DNA of 64,000 nucleotides from Candidatus Multivorans sp. (GTDB lineage Bacteria; Acidobacteriota; Thermoanaerobaculia; Multivoradales; Multivoraceae): NCBI GenBank assembly GCA_965224025.1, contig OZ245033.1, positions 4,288,001 to 4,352,000 of the forward strand, read 5' to 3'. Shown piece by piece: positions 60,543 to 64,000 of this stretch (position 1 is its first letter; each line of letters starts with the position of its first letter). The notes under the pieces were generated by a model. It saw only the letters and a program-made list of their open reading frames with translations, ran no database searches and was not told where the DNA came from. The position numbers and the translations under genes were made by a program.

Positions 60543-60574
60543 CCGGATGCGGGCGGGACGCCCGCGCTCCCAGG
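60543..60574 (+). repeat. REP-like palindromic element, copy 3
   Basis: CCGGATGCGGGCGGGACGCCCGCGCTCCCAGG, intergenic; hairpin GCGGGCG-GGA-CGCCCGC. Confidence 0.65.
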
Positions 60575-60613
60575 CCGGACAGCGGCCGCACCGTCGCGGT
60601 AGGATAGGGAGCA

Positions 60614-63600
60614 ATGACGGCCTTCTCACTAGACGACAAGTACACGCTCACTGAAGGCCGCGTGGCGATCACCGGTATCCAGGCCCTGGTCCGGCTGCCG
60701 ATGGACCAGCACCGCCGGGACCGCGAAGCCGGTCTGCGAGTCGGCGCATTCATCAGCGGCTACCCGGGATCGCCACTCGGCGAATACGACAAGCAACTCA
60801 TGCGAAACGGCCGGCTGCTGGCCGCACACGACGTGGTCTTCCAACCGGGGATCAACGAGGAGACGGCGGCGACCTCGATCTACGGCGCCCAGCTCCTCGA
60901 GCGCTTCCCCCACCAGCGTTACGACGGGGTGGTCGGCATCTGGTACGGCAAGACGCCCGGCGTCGACCGCACCGGCGACGCCTTCCGCCACGGCAACTTC
61001 ATCGGCACCGGGAAGCACGGCGGCGTGTTGGTGCTGGCCGGCGACGACACCGCCTGCAAGAGTTCGACCATTCCCGGCGACAGCACGATCAGCCTCTTCG
61101 ACCTCTCGATGCCGGTGCTCTATCCCGGCGACCCGGCTGAAGTCCTGGAACTCGGCCTGCACGGCATCGCCCTGTCCCGCTTCTCCGGTCTGTGGACCGC
61201 GCTGAAGGTGGTAACCAACGTCGCCGACGGCGGCGCGGTCATCGACCTGCCCCGGATGGCGCCACCGGTGCTGCCGGGTCTCGAAATTGACGGCCGGCCG
61301 TTCCAGAAGCACCTCGACATGCGACTGCTGCCGCCGCATACGGTCGAGATGGAGCGCCAGATCTTCACCGAGCGCACCGTGGCCGCCCTCGAGTACGTCC
61401 ACGCCAACGGCCTCGACAGCATCCGTTGCGCCAGCCCCGGCGACCGCCTGGGCCTGATCGCGGCCGGCAAGCCCTACCGCGACCTGCGCCTCGCGCTCAA
61501 CCTGCTGGGCCTGGACGAAGCCGCACTCGACCGCCACGGCATCCGCGTCCTGAAGCTCGGCTGCATCGCGCCGATCGAAACGCGACGCCTGCGCGAGTTC
61601 GCCGACGGCCTCGAAGAAATCGTCGTCGTCGAGGACAAGCGGGGCTTCATCGAAACCCAGGTGCGCCAGACGCTGTACAACCTGCCCAACCGGCCGCTCG
61701 TGGGCGGCAAGGAGACGCCGGACGGCGAGGCGCTGTTCCCGATGCACGGCGAACTGGAGGGCCACCAGATGGCCCTGATCCTCGGCGCCTACCTGGAGCA
61801 GCGGCTGCCGGATGCGGTGTCGGCGGAGACAATGGCGGGTCTGCGCACGGGCGCCGAGGCCACCGACCTGGCGACGTCCCTCCCGGCCGCGCTGCCGCGT
61901 ACGCCCTATTTCTGCAGCGGCTGTCCCCACAACACGTCCACGCAGCTACCTGAGGGCTCCGACTACGCGGGCGGAGGCATCGGCTGCCACGCAATGGCCA
62001 TGTGGATGGACCGGGGTCTGAGCTGGCTACCGCAGATGGGCGGCGAGGGCGCCTGCTGGATCGGGCTCGCGCCCTTCACCGAGCAGGAGCACGTCTTCCA
62101 GAACGTCGGCGACGGCACCTACGCCCACTCCGCCAGCAAGGCGATCGAGGCGTGCATCGCCGCCAACCTCCACATGACCTTCCGCATCCTCTACAACTCG
62201 GCGGTCGCGATGACCGGCGGCCAGGACGCGGTCGGTCTTCTCAGTTCGCTCGGCGTGGCGAAGCAGCTCCAGCTCCAGGGCATGAAGCGGGTGATCCTCG
62301 TCACCGAGGATCTCGAGCGCTTCCCCCATCGCGACGACAACGGCGTCGAGATCCGGCACCGCAAGGACTACGATGAGGTACTCAAGGAGCTCCGCGCGAT
62401 CAAGGGTCCGACGGCCGTCGTCTACGACCAGCAGTGCGCCGCCGAGAAGCGTCGCGAGCGCAAGCGCGGCATCCAGGAGACGCCGAGCCAGCGCGTCTAC
62501 ATCAACCCGGCGGTCTGTGAAGGCTGCGGCGACTGCGCCGCGAAGTCGAACTGCCTGTCGGTCGCGCCGCTCGAGACCGAGTACGGCCGCAAGACCCAGA
62601 TCCACCAGTCGTCCTGCAACCTGGACTACTCGTGCATCGAGGGCGACTGCCCCGCCTTCATGACCGTCGACCTGGGCGCGTCCACCAAGCCGGTGCGGCG
62701 TGCCGCGGCCGCGCCTCTGGCCGCCGACGAGGTGCCCGAACCGGTCCGCCAACTGCCGGATGACGCGACGTTCCGGGCTCTGCTGGTCGGAATCGGCGGC
62801 ACCGGCGTCGTCACCGTTGACGCGATCCTGGTCACCGCGGCCCTGCTCGAAGGCCGTTACGCGGTCCACCTCGACCAGACCGGCCTCGCGCAGAAGGGCG
62901 GCGCGGTGGTGTCGAACCTCCTGCTCAGCCGCGAGCCGATCGACCGGGCGAACAAGCTCGGCGAAGGCGAAGCCGATCTGGCCCTGTCGTTCGACCTGCT
63001 CGCCACGGTCGCCACCGACAACATCAAGCGGTTCTCGCAGGAGAACACGGCCGTGGTCGCGAACACCGCCGGGATCAGCCCAGCCGCCGTGATCACCGAC
63101 AGCGCCGCGCGGATGCCGCCGCTCGACGAGCTGCGGAAGCGCCTGGCCCTGTTCACAGACCGCGACCGGAGCTACTTCGTCGACGCGGAGGCCGCCACGG
63201 AACGACTGCTCGGCAACAGCGTCACCGGCAACATCTTCCTGGTCGGCGCCGCCTACCAGCAGGGCCTGCTACCGCTCGAATCGGGCTTCATCGAGGAGGC
63301 ACTACGGGCGAACGGCGTGGCGGTCGAGGACAACATTCAGGCTTTCCGCTACGGCCGGCTCTCGGTGGCGGACCCGAAGCGGTTCCGAAGCGCCGCCGGT
63401 CTCGAAGGCCCCGCGGCACCGACCGCGGCGTCGGCCCTGGAAACCGCCCGCTCCCGGATCGAGCGTTGGGCGCCGAAGTTCGGGCCCGAACTGGAGCGCC
63501 TCCTGACGGGCGCCCCGCAGGGAGGCGAGCTCGACCGACTGTTGCCCGGCCGCGTCGCCGACATGCTCCTCTACCAGGGCGCCGGGATCGCCGAGCGCTA

Positions 63601-64000
63601 CCTGGCGTTCGTCGACGAGATCGGGCAGGCCGAGGAAGCGAGACTGCCCGGCCACACCGAAGTACGCGAAGAAGCCGTCCGCTACGGCTTCAAGCTGCTC
63701 GCGGTCAAGGACGAGTACGAAGTCGCGCGCCTGTGGCTCCAGGACCCGATCTGGGACCAGATCGCCAACGACTACGACGGCCCCGTCACTCGCCGCGTCC
63801 TCCTCCACCCGCCGACCCTGCGGCGCATGGGCTGGGGGCGGAAGATCAAGTTCGGGGCCTGGTCACGGCCGATGTTCCGGCTGCTCTACGGGGCGCGCCG
63901 GTTCAGGGGCACCGTCCTCGACATCTTCGGCGCCACCCGCCACCGCCGGCTGGAGCGCGCCCTGTTCGACTGGTACCGCGAGCTTCTGCATCGGGCGATC
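60614..64000 (+). CDS. Indolepyruvate:ferredoxin oxidoreductase family protein (fused alpha/beta), runs off the window
   Basis: Read from the sequence: SLDDKY, TGIQALVR, FISGYPGSPLG, WYGKTPGVDR, RTPYFCSGCPHNTST, GIGCH, GDGTY, CEGCGDC, GIGGTGVVT and GLAQKGG. Confidence 0.93.
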   Translation, partial: MTAFSLDDKYTLTEGRVAITGIQALVRLPMDQHRRDREAGLRVGAFISGYPGSPLGEYDKQLMRNGRLLAAHDVVFQPGINEETAATSIYGAQLLERFPHQRYDGVVGIWYGKTPGVDRTGDAFRHGNFIGTGKHGGVLVLAGDDTACKSSTIPGDSTISLFDLSMPVLYPGDPAEVLELGLHGIALSRFSGLWTALKVVTNVADGGAVIDLPRMAPPVLPGLEIDGRPFQKHLDMRLLPPHTVEMERQIFTERTVAALEYVHANGLDSIRCASPGDRLGLIAAGKPYRDLRLALNLLGLDEAALDRHGIRVLKLGCIAPIETRRLREFADGLEEIVVVEDKRGFIETQVRQTLYNLPNRPLVGGKETPDGEALFPMHGELEGHQMALILGAYLEQRLPDAVSAETMAGLRTGAEATDLATSLPAALPRTPYFCSGCPHNTSTQLPEGSDYAGGGIGCHAMAMWMDRGLSWLPQMGGEGACWIGLAPFTEQEHVFQNVGDGTYAHSASKAIEACIAANLHMTFRILYNSAVAMTGGQDAVGLLSSLGVAKQLQLQGMKRVILVTEDLERFPHRDDNGVEIRHRKDYDEVLKELRAIKGPTAVVYDQQCAAEKRRERKRGIQETPSQRVYINPAVCEGCGDCAAKSNCLSVAPLETEYGRKTQIHQSSCNLDYSCIEGDCPAFMTVDLGASTKPVRRAAAAPLAADEVPEPVRQLPDDATFRALLVGIGGTGVVTVDAILVTAALLEGRYAVHLDQTGLAQKGGAVVSNLLLSREPIDRANKLGEGEADLALSFDLLATVATDNIKRFSQENTAVVANTAGISPAAVITDSAARMPPLDELRKRLALFTDRDRSYFVDAEAATERLLGNSVTGNIFLVGAAYQQGLLPLESGFIEEALRANGVAVEDNIQAFRYGRLSVADPKRFRSAAGLEGPAAPTAASALETARSRIERWAPKFGPELERLLTGAPQGGELDRLLPGRVADMLLYQGAGIAERYLAFVDEIGQAEEARLPGHTEVREEAVRYGFKLLAVKDEYEVARLWLQDPIWDQIANDYDGPVTRRVLLHPPTLRRMGWGRKIKFGAWSRPMFRLLYGARRFRGTVLDIFGATRHRRLERALFDWYRELLHRAI

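Noticed and set aside
1-64000. CRISPR array, tRNA, rRNA, integrase or prophage
   Set aside because: No regularly spaced repeats, cloverleaf or rRNA-like sequence, or integrase/phage genes were recognised by eye; a short ncRNA could have been missed.

Overview
High-GC bacterial chromosomal segment. The gene repertoire suggests an Acidobacteriota-like organism, possibly host-associated (inference only). Core-like metabolic genes: DUF3604, a NrfC/NrfD-molybdopterin oxidoreductase-TorD operon, two double-domain CoA transferases, Fic, SDRs, a eukaryote-type long MTHFR, flap endonuclease, hydrolases, amidase, enoyl-CoA hydratase and an indolepyruvate:ferredoxin oxidoreductase-family gene. These are interrupted by two accessory loci (~5.7-17 kb and ~37-59 kb) that share two paralogous families I cannot assign to a named system. 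The first is six large secreted beta-sandwich-repeat (carboxypeptidase-regulatory-like) genes with a conserved N-terminal LRP[YH]PSxYE-type motif; one is intact and five are disrupted. The second is four divergent Cys-rich lipoprotein-like genes with a WD[LF]xxxLP motif. The first locus also carries a secreted Cys-rich phospholipase A2-like gene. Five IS elements are present (IS1182-like, IS256 with a nested ISL3, a second deleted ISL3, IS1634), two of them inserted exactly at TAG stop codons of these genes. No rRNA, tRNA, CRISPR array or reverse transcriptase was seen. All calls come from reading motifs by eye; no searches were run.
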